Shown: positions 10,995 to 23,658 of the stretch, piece by piece
Position numbering within the stretch: position 1 is the first letter of the stretch
Layout: every line of letters starts with the position of its first letter
Source: Chiloscyllium plagiosum
Lineage: Eukaryota
Direction of reading: 5' to 3'
Length of the DNA: 39,121 nt
Assembly (NCBI RefSeq): GCF_004010195.1
Contig: NC_057718.1
Span: forward strand, 88,165,780-88,204,900
Notes under the pieces: generated by a model
Database searches by the model: none
What the model was told of the DNA's origin: nothing
The model's input: the letters and a program-made list of their open reading frames with translations, nothing else
Made by a program: the position numbers and the translations under genes

Positions 10995-11945
10995 CATATC
11001 ATTATGAAGTGAGATCCAGATTCCCATCATCCTCTGGGAAAAATATATATTCCTCACACCTCCTCTTAACCTTCCGCCCCTTAACTAATCTATGTCTCCG
11101 GTCATTGATCCATCCACCAAGGGAAAACAACTTTTCTTCCTGTCTATGCCACTTATAATTCTATATATGGGCAGCACAGTGGCTCAGTGGTTAGCACTGC
11201 TGCCTCACAGCACCAGGGTCCTGGGTTTGATTCCCACCTGTCTCTGTGGAGTTTTCACATTCTCCCTGTATCTGCTTGGGTTTCCTCTGAGTGCTCCGGT
11301 TTCCTCCCACAATCCAAAGATGTGCAGGTCAGGTGAATTGGCCTTGCTAAATTGCTCACAATGTTAGGTGTATTAGTCAGGGGTAAATAGCAGGTAGGGG
11401 AATGGGTTTGGGTGGGTTTCTCTTCAGAGGGGCAGTATGGACTTGTTGGGCCGAAGGGCCTGTTTCCATACTGTAGAGAATCTAATCATAGAATCTAATA
11501 TCTCAATCATGTCCTCCCTCAGTCTCCTCTGTTCATTGGAAGCAACACAAGTTTATCCTATCTCTCGTTGTGCGTAAACCTGTACAGCCCTGGCATCATC
11601 AAGGTAAATCTCCTCTGCACCACCTCCAGTGCAATCACGTCCCTCCTTTAATGTTGATTCTAGAACAAGGGTTTGTCCTTCCCCAACTGCACCACTTCAC
11701 ATTTATTCAGTTGAATTTCTTTTGCCACTATCAGCCTGTCTAAATCCTCCTGTAATCTCAGGCTATATTCAGGCTCACTGTCTACCACCCTTTTGTATCA
11801 GCTGTAAATTTCCTGATCAACCCGACGAAATTCAAGTGCAAATCATTTAGACAAACTGCAGACAGGAAGGGGCCACTGGACACAGGTTTCCGGTCACAAA
11901 AACATCCTTTAACCATCGCCCTCTGTTTCCGGCCACTCACCCAAT
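10995..11945 (-). mobile_element. Decayed CR1-like fragment abutting the promoter, split by a SINE
   Basis: Motifs parallel to the 3423-4985 copy (aaatctcctctgcac, atcatttagacaaa, ccactggacacagg). Confidence 0.6.
11169..11499 (+). mobile_element. HE1-like tRNA-derived SINE
   Basis: GGGCAGCACAGTGGCTCAGTGGTTAG head, B-box-like GGTTTGATTCC, GAATCTAAT tail repeats. Confidence 0.88.
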
Positions 11946-11949
11946 TCCC

Positions 11950-12500
11950 CTGGTGGTGGGCGTGACCAGGGGCTAGAGGGTGTGGTCACGGGCGGAGTTT
12001 GGGATTAGGGCGGGGTCAAGGTAGGGAATAGTGCGCGGACTTGAGGTTAGAGGGCGCGGAAAGGCGACGGAGGAGGCGCGGCTAAGTGCGAGAGGAGGAG
12101 GCGTGAATAAGGGCTGGTGTTGATGGCGGAGGGGAGGTCCAGCGGGCGGGACTAGGAGCGAGGGGGCGTGGCCAGAGGCGGGATGGGGGTGTGTCCACCG
12201 CTGAAGCGGCGGGAAATGGGGCCGGTTTAGTCTCGGGTGCGCAAGCTCGAGCTACTTCAGTTTTTTGTTCGCCGCGAGCTCGAGGTTGAACCATGTGGAT
12301 GTCGTTAGCAACGAGAGGCCGGGGGGCAGCGGCGGCGGTCACAGCCGGCGGAGTCACCTGGTGTGGGCTGCCGGCCGGCCTCCGGGGCTGTGCTCAACGG
12401 TTACCGGCCATCGGCATCAAGGATGAACTGGCACCGGGATCCGGTACCAGGGTGAAGAGGAGCGTTAGGTAAGCCTGGGACCTTTCCGGTGTGACCTGGG
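11950..12500 (+). promoter_or_regulatory. CpG island / TATA-less GC-box promoter of MTHFD1L
   Basis: The clearest non-repeat CpG-dense stretch; several Sp/KLF boxes (GGGCGGAG ~11990, GGGCGGGG ~12008, GGGGCGTGGC ~12163); overlaps exon 1. Confidence 0.85.
12293..12468 (+). CDS. MTHFD1L: MTHFD1L coding exon 1 (N-terminal mitochondrial presequence-like region)
   Basis: ATG in ACCATG context inside the CpG island; reads MWMSLATRGRGAAAAVTAGG...GTRVKRSVR; donor AG|GTAAGC at 12468/12469; its phase 2 matches exon 2. Confidence 0.85.
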
Positions 12501-13254
12501 GCAGAGGGACTGAGAGATGGCGGTTAGGGGGAAGTGTGAGGGGACCGCTTGAACGGTCTTCTCGGGTTGGGGAAGATCCCGGGATGGGGAAGCTGGAAGA
12601 TAGAGCCCGGGAGGAGGTGGGTGTTGGAATCTGGGGAGTAAAGATGGAAATTAAAAGGGGGTTAAAGAGAACCCGGTGAGGGAGTGAGAGGTGGTTTGCA
12701 GGGTTCTGGTGCTGGAGGAATGAGGGTCAAGTGGGTTTGGATGTGGCGAAGTGGGGGGGGTGTTTGAATGATTCTGGGTGTGCGGTAATACAGATTTAAA
12801 GGGGTTTTGGGTGTGTGGAGAAAGGGATCCGAGTGTGGGCTACAGTGAAGTGTTAAAGGACTCTGGGGCAATGGCGAGAGAGGCTCAGGTGAGGAGAGGA
12901 TGTTTCAAGGAGCCTGGGAGAGAGTGGTTTAAAGGTGCATGCTGGATAGGGAGAAGGCAGTTTAAGGGATCTGTGCATTAGAAGAGGCTGGGTTAAAGGG
13001 AACTGGGGAAAGGGAAGAAAGGAGGTTCCAGCAGCCCAGAATGGCAAGAGAAGAACACTAAAAGGTCCTGGGCGGATGGTGGGCAAAGAGTGTGGAGGCT
13101 TTTTAGTGGGTGAGAACAAAGCATTAAAAGATTCCACATGGTGGTAAGGAGGTGGTTAAAGGAATTCCATCGGGCAGGTATGGTTAGGAGATTGTGTGAT
13201 AGACAAAAGAGCAAGCTGTGACATGAATGTAGAGGATGTGAACAGTGAGTGGGC

Positions 13255-13800
13255 AACAATGTGATGTCATTGAGAGAAGTGTGAAGTCAGCCACTTTGGA
13301 TGGAAAAATAGCAAAGCACTTTTTTTTAAATTGTGAAAGACTAGGAAATGCTGGTACTCAAAGGAACTTTGGTGGTCCTTTTGTATGAAGTTAACACGCA
13401 GGTATGACGACCCATTAAGAAAGAGTGAAGAAGACTTCCTGCAGTTGCATTTGGGTTTGGTGAGACCATACCTATAGAATTGTGCACAATCTTGACCTTT
13501 AAAGTAGAAAATATTTCTGTTAGAGGGAGTGTAACAGATATTCACTGGATTGCATCTTAGAATGGATCGCCTAGAATGAGCTGTTTCCACATTTAGGACT
13601 CAGATGTGTAAGCAAACGTTGGCATTCCCAAGGCAAAGAACACTGTCATTGAGAAGTTTGTGGAGTTTGGAATAGAGGGATAAAGGGATATTGAGGGAAA
13701 GTGGAATTGAGGAAGAAGACCAGCTGTGATTGCATTGAATGTGGTGTAGGTATGAAGGAGCAAATAGTCTACTCCTGGCTTATGTTTCTTATGCTCTTAC
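13255..13800 (+). mobile_element. Decayed CR1-like 3' fragment
   Basis: gagaagtgtgaagt...ggtgagaccatacctatagaattgtgcacaat...tatgtttcttatg, collinear with 10120-10990. Confidence 0.65.
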
Positions 13801-13834
13801 ATTAAGATGGCTCAGGGAAGTGGAAGGGAACATT

Positions 13835-14022
13835 CTCCTCCAAGTCCCCCCTCCCTACCTTTTATCTTCTCCTGCTGAACACTCTCTGCTCATTCCTGAA
13901 GAAGGGCCTGTGCCCGAAACGTCGAATCTCCTGTTCCCTGGATGCTGCCTGACCTGCTGTGCTGTTCCAGCAATAAAGTTTCAACTTTGATCTCCAGCAT
14001 CTGCAGTCCTCACTTTCTCCTC
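13835..14022 (+). mobile_element. Penelope-like terminal-repeat insertion with intact hammerhead
   Basis: Family tail ...ctgcagtcctcactttctcc; flanking GAACATT at 13828-13834 and 14023-14029. Confidence 0.8.
13892..13927 (+). ncRNA. Intact minimal hammerhead motif, sense strand of MTHFD1L intron 1
   Basis: ATTC-CTGAAGA-A-GGGC ctgt GCCC-GAAA-CGTC-GAAT; 4-bp stem I, GUC triplet. Confidence 0.78.
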
Positions 14023-14653
14023 GAACATTTTAAAAGGGTCCTGGGAAGATAGTGTGTTGGAATGGAAATGTTAAAAAGCTGCTGGGATAGTAGGAAGGAT
14101 GTTTAGGAGTAGATAAGAGTTAAAAGGGTGTAGCGACTGAGTTAATTAGTGGAATTAAGAACAGAAAGGCTATCGAGGTCAGGACATGATTTAAAGGAGT
14201 CCAGGAAAAGGTTGTAGAGATCTGCAGAAGAACAGAGCGATGAAAGGGGAACCAAGAAGTGAAAGAGATCTGAGGGAAGAAAGAGCAGGTTTAAAGGGGA
14301 GTGAGTCTGGAGCCATGGGTAAGAGGGGAGGATTTGAGTTCCCATGCAAAGATCCTTGGTCAGTCTGATGCAGAGAGTGAAATCAATGCTGATTATTGAT
14401 GCATGATTTCTTGCTTATGTGGAAGGGGTTAAGCAGAATTTAGATTGAATGTCTTTCACAGAGGAATAGCTGACCTATTTCTTGTAGATGAAGAATCACG
14501 AGTGCAAAAAGATTCTTCAACATTGCTTCTACCACATTCTTTTGGATCCAGTGGAACAAGCATTTAGTTTCCTCCTTGAAGTTGGCTTCACAATCATTCA
14601 GACAAAATCAACTTTTGATAGACTAGGCAGGTGTTTTCTCAACTCTCAAAAAG

Positions 14654-16419
14654 GAGAAAGTGAGGAGTGCAGATGCTGGAGACCAGAGTTGAAAAGTGTG
14701 GAGCTGGAAAAGCACATCAGGCCAGGCAGCTTCCGAAAGCAGGAGAGTCGACGTTTCTGGCATACACCCTTCTTAAGGAATGAGGCTGGTGTGCCAAGCG
14801 GGCTGAGATAAAAGGTGGGGGGGATTTGTGGGAGGGGCGCTGGGAATATGATAGGTGGAAGGAGGTGAAGGTGATGGGCTGGAGAAGGGGTGGGGGCAGA
14901 GAGGTCGGGAATAAGATTGCAGGTCAGGGTCCCAATAAGGAAGAATAGGTGTTCTTCATCCAGGCATTGAGTGGCTAGGGTTTGGTGATGGAGGAGGCCC
15001 AGGACCTGCATGTGTTTGGCAGAGTGGGAGGTTGTCCTAGAAATGATTTGCCAGTTGGCGTCTTGTCTCCCCAATGTAGAGGAGACCACATCAGATACAA
15101 CAGATGCAGCAGATGACGTGTGTGGTAGGACAGGTACATTTCTGTCAGATATTGAAGGATGGTTTGGGGCCTTGGATGGAGGTGAGGAGGGAGGTTTGGG
15201 CGCAGGTTTTGAACTTCATGCAATGGCAGGGGAAGGTGCCAGGAGGGGAGGGTGGGTTGGTGGGGGGCATGAACCTAACAAGGGAGGCACAGAAAGAATG
15301 GCCTCTCCAAAATGCAGATAGAGATGGGGAGGGAAATATATAGCTGGTAGTGGAGTCTGTTTGTTGTTGGAAAAGGCAGAAGATGATGTAGTGTATCTGG
15401 AGATTGGTGGGGTGGAAGGTCAGGACCTTGTTGCGGTTGGAGAGGTAGGGTTCAAGGGCGGAGGTACGGGAAGTGGAGGAGATGAGGTGGAAAGTGCAGG
15501 AAGTGGAGGAGATCCCATATTCCCAATTCCTTCGCGTCCGCCGCATCTGCTCCCAAGAGGACCAATCCCACTACCGAACAGCCCAAATGGCCTCCTTCAA
15601 AGACCGCAATTTCCCCTCTGACGTGGTCGATGATGCACTTCACTGCATCTCCTCCACTTCCTGCACCTCTTCCCTTTAACTCCGCCACTCCAATTGCCAC
15701 CAGGACAGAACCCCACTGGTCCTCACCTTCCACCCCACCAACCTCCGGATACATTGTATCATCCTCCATCATTTCTGCTACCTCCAAACAGACTCCACCA
15801 CCAGGGATATATTTCCCACCCCTATCAGGGTTCCGGAGAGACCACTCCCTCCGTGACACCCTCGTCAGGTCCACACACCACCTACTTGCAGAACGTTTCA
15901 GGGAACACCTCTGGGACACCCGCACCAACCAACCCAACTGCCCTGTGGCTGAACACTTTAACTCCCCCTCTCACTCCGCCAAGGACATGCAGGTCCTTGT
16001 CCTCCTCCATCACCAGACCCTGGCCACACGACGCCTGGAGGAAGAGCGCCTCATCTTCCGCCTAGGAACCCTCCAACCACATGGGATGAATGTAGATTTC
16101 TCCAGTTTCCTCATTTCCACTCCCCCCACCTTATCTCAGTCCCAACCCCTGAATTCAGCACCGTTCTCTTGACCTGCAATCTTCTTCCCAACCTTTCTGC
16201 CCCCACCCCCTCTCCGGCCTATCACCCTCGCCCTCACCTCCTTCCACCTATCGTATTCTCAGCCCCCCTCCCCCAAATTCCCTCCCCACCTTTTATCTCA
16301 GCCCGCTTGGCACACCAGCCTCATTCCTGAAGAAGGGCTAATGCCCAAAACGTCGATTCTCCTGCTCCTCAGATGCTGCCTGCCTGCTGTGTTTTTCCAG
16401 CACCACACTTTTCAACTCC
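14654..16419. mobile_element. 1.77-kb inverted two-arm Penelope-like (Neptune-type) element: minus arm 14654-~15512, plus arm ~15513-16419
   Basis: IPYSQFLRVRRICSQ (RT C-terminus) and LAERFREHL...PVAEHFNSPSHS...RRLEEERLIFRLGTLQPHGMNVDF (GIY-YIG C-terminus); decayed hammerheads at ~14750-14777 (-) and 16327-16354 (+); TSD ACTCTCAAAAAG at 14642-14653 and 16420-16431. Confidence 0.88.
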
Positions 16420-16597
16420 ACTCTCAAAAAGTCAACATTCCAGGCAAAGTGGAAGAAATGCTCCAGAGATACTTTGAAGGTCTTTTTGGAGGATTGGGGC
16501 ACTGATTTTAATGATTGGAAGAAGTTTACCATTCAAAGTAGTGATAATTTGACCACTTAAGTGCCATGATGTTTTCAGTCTCAAAATCTTAATGATG

Positions 16598-18200
16598 TGG
16601 AGACAGTAAGGTCTGCAGATGTTGGAAATGAGAGTTGAGAGTGCGTTGCTGGAAAAGCACAGCAGGTCAGGCAGCATCCGAGGAGCAGGAAAATCGACTT
16701 TTCGGTCTGGAGCCCTTCATCAAGAAAGGAAACGAAGCAGACCAAATCGTCTAAACTGTCCAAAGGGGTTGTTCCCTCTGTGATACACTGGTCCAAACCT
16801 GTGTCACTCTAATGATTCCTCTCCCTCCCAGAGCATCTTCCCATGCAATCACAGAAAATGTAACACTGGGCTTTTTATCTTCTCTCACTGTCCAAGGCAT
16901 TGCAGCACCTTTTGGCAAAGCTGTAGTTTACTTGTACTTCATTCAATATAGGCAACTGTTTTCACACTAGAGCCTCATCTTCATTGTGTAGACCAAATGC
17001 ATACTGAATGAACACCTTGCAGAACATCTCCACTCAGTCTGCATGCAGAATTCTCACCTTCTGCTTGCTTAGCATTTCAATAAAGAGTGGTTGCAAACAA
17101 GGAATGAAAAGGAAGCAGACCAAAGTGACTGTTGACCATCAGTGTTTCAGAGGAGTTCTGTCTGTGACACTGCTTCACCCCTCTATCACCCTATCAACTC
17201 CTCTCCCTCCCAGATTGCTCTTGTGCTTACATTTCTATACTAAGAATGACTGATGCACTATTCCAGTGGAGCTCATCCCAACTCAAGGAACAGCTCCTCA
17301 ACATTGAGTTCAACAAATTCAGACCGTGAAACATGTCCTCTATTGTGTATTTTCTTTCTCTAGTGTCTGTATCTTGTTTTTGTGTTCTCGCTTTGTCAGA
17401 GCTGACTTATAGTCTATTAACATCTACACTGGACCATTGCTTTTTGTTCTTTATAATCATATTTGCTCCAATTGTCTTTTGTTCTAGATATCTGATTCCT
17501 AAATTCCTTGCCGTGTAACTTTTCTCTGACTGTCTCTCTTTCACCATTACCTCGTCAGTGTGGTAGGCCCAGTGGGGAAAGATGGCACCTGAGGATTGAC
17601 GACTTTGTTAGTTGTGTCCAGTGCTGATGATGGCAGAAGGACATCGCAGTGACATTGAGACAGGCCAAGCAGTGAGAGATGCAACTCTGATGTGGGTTGG
17701 TCTGGTGCAGGCAGTGGCAAGGTGGCGGCGGAGGAGTATCAGCCCAGCTCTAAATGATGGTGCCTGAAGATCGACAACTTCATTGGTTGGGTCTGGTGTA
17801 GACGACAGCGAAGTGGTTGAGGAAGGATGGTGGTGCAAGCCTCTTTGCTGATAAACTGACTCAGTACTGATGGACTGTCTTTAAGCTTTTTTTTTAAATT
17901 CTTATTCTTTAATTATTCAAAATGGTGACAGATTGTGGTGACAAATGAAAGCTTCTTAGTGTATTTTATTGTATTCTTGCTGTAAAATTCACATGACAAT
18001 AAAATCATTTATCATTTTATCTCCATCTTTCTCCAACAGCATAAACTCTCATTATTTTTCCAACCCCCTCAGTGCTTCAGAGAAGTCATATTGGACTCCA
18101 TGTTAACTCTGTACTTCCAAATAAATTTGTTGGACTGTAACCTAGTGTTGTGATTTTTAACTTTGTCCATCCCAGTCCAACACCAACACCTCTACATCTG
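16598..18200. mobile_element. Cluster of decayed Penelope-like fragments (16598-16725 minus; ~16770-18110 plus, interrupted) with an unclassified retroposon at ~17560-18015
   Basis: Similarity to the 14654-16419 arms; the insert ends in ATGACAATAAAATCATTTATCATT. Confidence 0.5.
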
Positions 18201-18827
18201 TTTCTCTAGCATTTTATTTTTTATTGAAAAACTGAAGCAAATCCTGCATTGCAATCTAGTTGCTTCCTGGAACATCTTGTGAACCCGAAGTTGAAATTCA
18301 AAAATCAGCTTGTTCATGAAAACCCATGGTAAAAACATGCAAATCTCAGGCACCATCTTTGAATCAAGGGACAGCTGACTAGTTGAAGAGTGAGTTGGAT
18401 TTGCCTTGAGGAAGAAGTAGAGGAGATTTAGGAACACGGAACAAAGCTGTACATTTGGTCAGTGATTAGATTTTCCATTGGCAAATTGAGAGTTTAGTGC
18501 TGGTGGTTGGAGGTTAGACAGGGTTCCCTTGACCAAGTAATTGTGTAATAAAAAGCATACTTCCCCTTAAAGCAAATCATTATCATTGCAAAGAAGATTG
18601 CAAAAGCGATTTCTTTAACAGGGAAAGAGATTGAAATAGTTTACATTTATATCCTTCTGGTCATGACCTCAAGTGCTTTACATCCAGTTAACTACTATTG
18701 AACTGGAATCGCTGTTAATGTGGGAAATGCAGCGTGGGCATGACCAGTTCTTCCAACCAGGAATGTAGTTAAGGTTGGATAAGGGTATGTGGGGGTTAGA
18801 GGTGCAGTGGAAGGGATACATCTCTTG

Positions 18828-18851
18828 CCCCCCCCCCCCCCCCCCCCCCCC
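18828..18851. repeat. C24 homopolymer
   Basis: 24 consecutive C; a C15 run also occurs at 6730-6744. Confidence 0.9.
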
Positions 18852-19323
18852 ACCCAACCCTGGGTATTTATGATATAGGGGAACAATCAACAATGGTGAC
18901 CATTGTAAATATAAGCTTTTAATGGGACTTCTGACATTCCAAGAGTAGCGATTTAAAATCTATCTTAACTTATTTGTCTATGTAGTACTTTTACAATAGA
19001 ATATTATCTGTGTGAGATTTTTCATTTCCCACCAGCATTAAAGTTGTAATCTACATTGGAAGCAAACAACATTCTGACTGCAACTTCAGGGGAGTAAAGA
19101 ATTACTTCTAGATACCAATTCTAAATTTGTACAGTGTGTTTACACTACAATTGTGTAGATACAGTCAAAGGTGTGGATTAAGTTAGTACATTGATTGAAA
19201 GGTAAATAAGCCCAATTTCTTGAAAGGTGTGTTGTGCATTTAATTGTTGATGCAAGACTTATTTTTCTCTGATTATGAATACTGTTAAAGCTAACTGAAT
19301 ATTTCTGTTGAACTCTCCCTTAG

Positions 19324-19408
19324 GCAAATAATCCTGAATTGTAAAACAGAATTGGCAGATTTACAGAAAACTGAGCCGCGCTTTCACCCGGGACTGGCCA
19401 TTGTTCAG
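19324..19408 (+). CDS. MTHFD1L: MTHFD1L coding exon 2 (85 bp)
   Basis: ctctcccttag| acceptor, CAG|GTTTGT donor; encodes (R)QIILNCKTELADLQKTEPRFHPGLAIVQ, resembling the ...FKPVLAIIQ region of human MTHFD1L as recalled. Confidence 0.92.
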
Positions 19409-20214
19409 GTTTGTTTTCAAGTTACATTCAAATTTACTTTTAAGTTTCTTTTTGGTCAACAATCAGAAAATGGATTCTGTTTTTAGCCCGTCCCACCCTG
19501 GTCCATGATTTAATTTGGTCACAGAACCATATTGTTGCTGTTATTGAAAGCTGATCGTTTTTTACTCATCCAAAGTTACCTTTGAATGGTTTTCTGGATC
19601 ACTTCAAACGGCAATTAAGAGCCACTGTGTTGGTTATGGAACTGGAGTTACACTTAGGCCAGACCACGTGAGGGCAGCAGTGAAACTTGGGATTTTATAT
19701 GACAGTTCAACAGTTTCATGGCTACCTTTGTACATTAGTTTACTTTTAATTTGGAAGATGAACCCCTCTACAGTGTAGATAACTAATTTCTGGAGTGGGG
19801 CTTGAACCCAAGATCTTCTGATTTTGAGATAAAAGTTTTACTCACTGAACCACTTTTGACACATGTACATGTTAATAAAATGACTCGTTTTCATTATTGT
19901 CTAAGCTTTAGGGTTGAAAAAGGAAGGGGTGATCTGTCTCACCATAGTGTATTTATTTCCAATAGAAACCGACCATGTTTCTTGATTACAGAAATTTTAT
20001 ACTCTGTAATTCAGAAGCAAACTTTTATTGAATTAGATATAGGTAAGTATGTGATATTCTGTATATTGAATAATCACCATCCCAATGCTCCATCACCTTG
20101 TTTTATAATTTTCAGGTGAAGTTGTGTTTGTGGTTTGTGCATGTTTTCTGACAGGTGATTTTAATATCCCCTGCCACATCCAATTTTTTAAAAAAATGAT
20201 TATTTTCCCATTAG

Positions 20215-20259
20215 ATTACCGATAATGATATATTGGAGGTCAAAAAGATGGCAGCAGAG
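20215..20259 (+). CDS. MTHFD1L: MTHFD1L coding exon 3 (45 bp)
   Basis: ttttcccattag| acceptor, GAG|GTGAGT donor; ITDNDILEVKKMAAE, phase 0/0, corresponds to the AGDDNLMQEINQNLAEE exon. Confidence 0.85.
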
Positions 20260-21554
20260 GTGAGTTTTCATCATTATGTTCAAAATGTAAATTGCTGATT
20301 GTTTAAACATTTATTTATCACAAGTTTAACCCAGTTTCCTTTCCTCTCTGTTAGTTCATGAATTTTATAATTCATACAGTTCTACTATGGTATTATATAG
20401 ACCAGGAAGGGGCTGTTCAGCTCATGATCCCCGTATCAGCTCCAGTAATCTTGTTCACTGCTCTTAGCCTGCACATGTTTTCTTTTCCAAGTTACTGTTC
20501 AAATTCCATTTTGAAAATTTGTATTGAATCTGCTTCCATCAGCTTCTAAGGCAGGGTGCATCTGTCTGATCATTATAAATTGCTGAGAGGAAAAAAAAAC
20601 TTCGTTTTCCTTCTGGTTCTTTAGTAAGTTGGAATTTTGACAATTTTTGGTTCCTACCATTCTCTGAATCAAGCAACTTCAGTTTATTCCTCTTTTACTA
20701 AATTGATCTGCATTTGTGATCTTCCTAACCATAGAACAATTTTGGAATGTTTCCTGTCTTAATTGAAAAAAATAGTTTGATTCTCAGTCTTCCCCTCACT
20801 TACTGAAAATAAGTTCCGTATCTCTGTTTGTTTCTCTGCTAACATTTCTGCTGGTAGGTCCACTGGTCTGTTTCTGGGAAAGGATTGTCAATCTCTGTAT
20901 CCAGATTCTCATAGATTGATAGTCCAAAATATTCAAACTGGCCACTGACATCTCTTCATCCACACACTAGCAGCAGCTATTGTGGTTTGAATGTCTTACG
21001 TTGGATATAGGACTTGGGCCAGTATCATTCTATTGCAGGTACTGTTTAACATTTCATCAACTCCTTGCCCCACTCTCACCTACTCCTTTAGTGTATTCCA
21101 GTGCCTACAATTGCTCTCCACCTTAGTTGTGAAATCTTGCTGAAGGACTTGTTCTTGACATTTTGAAGTATTAAGATAGATTCAAGTCTTATGTATTCAA
21201 TTCTGCTCTGACAGCCATATCCCTTTAAGATGTGGGCCCTTCAAGGGCAGACTCCTTGGGAACTGTTGCTCCTACCTTTTTAGATGGAAGATTCTGCTGC
21301 CTCATTCCCACGTCTAGCCAATTCATGGCATGCTCGAGAGTAGGTACAGTGTTGCCCTATTGTCTTCCATCAACCCTGTCCCTTTCTTTTGTAACTGTAA
21401 CTTAGGTCAAGTTGTCCTATAAACTGCATTGTTCTACTGAAAGTTGATCGAAGTATTTAAGTCTCTCTATTGGTTAAAAATTAAAATCAATAGGTCAAGT
21501 GAAATATAAGAAAAGCCCATGTGAGAATGTAGCAAATGTGTTGGGTATCTGTCT

Positions 21555-23118
21555 TGTTATGATTATGGATCAGAATTCCAAAGTACTGTGGGCGTTTTAA
21601 ACTTGCAATTCTAAAATATGTGTTTTTTGCCAAAAAAGCTGTAGATGTAAATTAAGTGACTGGCTGGAGAGAGAGATTCACAGTATATCTCACCTAAAGA
21701 TGTGACAGAATCTTCAAACTTCAAGTCAAAATAGCCTGCGATCTCTCGTCTGCAAAGATATCAAGGAGCAGATAACCCGCTGCTCCCCAGTAAGCTACCT
21801 TCTGATTATGCCCCAAACTGAATGCTTCTTTTGTATTTACCCTCTGAATAACACACACAGGCAGGCATTAAAAAGCTAGCTTCATCACTTAACATGGGCT
21901 AGCGGGACTGAACTTTGTGTACACCAACCTGGGTTTGAGTGACAGCACGCTGAGAAGATCACAATCGTAGAGTTGTGCTCTAGAATGTCTGGACTCAAAA
22001 TGAAGAGAGATTGAACTATTATGATTTGGACTAATATTTACTGGACTTTAGAAGAATGCGGGAAGCTTTCATAGAAACCGATAAAATTCTGACAGGATAA
22101 ATACATGAAGGATGTACCTAATGACTGGGGGATCCAAAACCAGGGCTCACAGTTTAAGGATAGGCCCATTGGGACAGGGATAAGGAGAATGTTTTCACCC
22201 AGATAGTGGTGAGCCTGTGGAAGTCTCTGCCACATAAAATGGTTGAGGCCAAAATCTTGAATGTTTTCAAGAGGTAATTAGAAGATGTACACTCACCCTC
22301 TTGTCCCTGTCTCACCCTCTTGTTGCTGTCTCTGGCACACTTTTGCATCACTTCTGAGGAAGAGTCGCTTGACCTGTATCGTTAACTGTGATTTCTCTCC
22401 ACGGATGCTGTCAGACCTGCTGAGCTTTCCAAGCTGTTTCTGTTTATTTCTGATTGACAGCATCTGCAGTTTTTCAGTTTTTACTTAGGAACCAGGTATA
22501 ATTATTTGGGGCTAAAGGAATCAAAGGGTATAGGGATAAAAGGGGAACCGGGTACTAAGTTGGATGATCAGCCATGGTTATATTCAATTGCGGAGCAGAT
22601 TTGAATGGCTGAATGACCTACTCCTATATTCTATGTTTCTAGTTACCCCTGCATTGCAGGGAGAAGCGACTTGAATTTTGAATGCTAGAAGTCAACTCAG
22701 TAGGAGGTCAAACAACAAAGGATCCTTTCTTGCCTAAATGTTAGAATTGGATCACAGTCAAAACTAGTCATAGCAACAGAATCTCAACCAAAGCCCAAAA
22801 CTAAGAATCTTGAAATTGAAATTAATTACATCAATACAACTGGTAACTTGCAGCGCTGCAGCAGCGTTTAAGTATCTGCTGTTTGAAAATTTATCTGTAT
22901 GTCTTTTATTTAACTCTTATCGTTTTGGACTCGTTTCTTATGTTTGTTATTTAATTAATTCTTCTTGTGTTTAAATAATAAACTCCATACTTTGTTAACT
23001 CAAGAAAGCTTTGTCAGTGAGAAGGTTTTCCAGAAGGGAAAGGTCTGCTTTTAAATTAACCCTATGATGAATCAAAGAAAAGGAAGCTACAGAAAAACTC
23101 CCATCTAAAACCATAACA
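21555..23118 (+). mobile_element. Possible LTR (TGTTATG...CATAACA) containing a nested CR1 3' end (~22035-22640) and a terminal-repeat fragment (~22285-22490)
   Basis: 7-bp perfect terminal inverted repeat with TG..CA ends, AATAAA near 22977, followed by AATGG; no TSD seen. The nested CR1 is clearer than the LTR. Confidence 0.4.
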
Positions 23119-23227
23119 AATGGAGGAATCTAACCTTGAATTTGAGCATAACAGCACCTGTACCTTTAACAATTGAAGTTACATCTTTTGAGGGTATTGG
23201 ACTACAGCAGGAGAAGCCCCTGATCTA

Positions 23228-23440
23228 GGGCAGCAATGTGGCTCAGTGGTTAGCACGGCTGCCTTACAGCACCAGGAACCCGGGTTCGATTCCAGCCTCA
23301 AGCGACTGTCTGTGCGGACACATTCTTTCTGTATCTGTGAGGGTTTCTTCCCACAATCCAAAGATGTGCATGTTAAATTGCCTATGGTGGATTTGATGTG
23401 CCAAATGCCTGCTTCCACACTGTGGATTTTATGATTCTAG
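23228..23440 (+). mobile_element. Internally deleted HE1-like SINE
   Basis: GTGGCTCAGTGGTTAG A-box and GGTTCGATTCC B-box; ATGATTCTA tail. Confidence 0.8.
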
Positions 23441-23658
23441 TCTTATCTTCGTGCTAGCCACTAGATGGCATGAACAGATTTAGAAGTCTTAAAACTTGGT
23501 GCAAGTGACCAGAAAATGAATTTAAATCATCTGAAAATCGAAGAATAGTTGCATTAGAGAATGAGGCTAGTCAGCATGTAGTGTCCTTGCTAAATCTCTG
23601 CAAGATCAACTCAACAAGTCCCATTCCTGCCTTTGCTCTCTAGTTCTCTATCTTTCCA

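Larger units (their letters stand above)
12640..14330 (+). repeat. Degenerate G-rich ~32-33 bp minisatellite-like tract interrupted by retroelements (13255-14022)
   Basis: Recurrent TTAAAGG-like motif at ~12929, 12962, 12993, 13058, 13125 and 13156, resuming at ~14029-14291. Confidence 0.5.

Noticed and set aside
12082..12357. Antisense 91-aa ORF over the promoter
   Set aside because: Low-complexity Pro/Ala ORF expected in GC-rich DNA; no recognisable domain.
18678..18893. Poly-glycine ORFs
   Set aside because: Artefact of the C24 homopolymer, whose length may also be a sequencing error.
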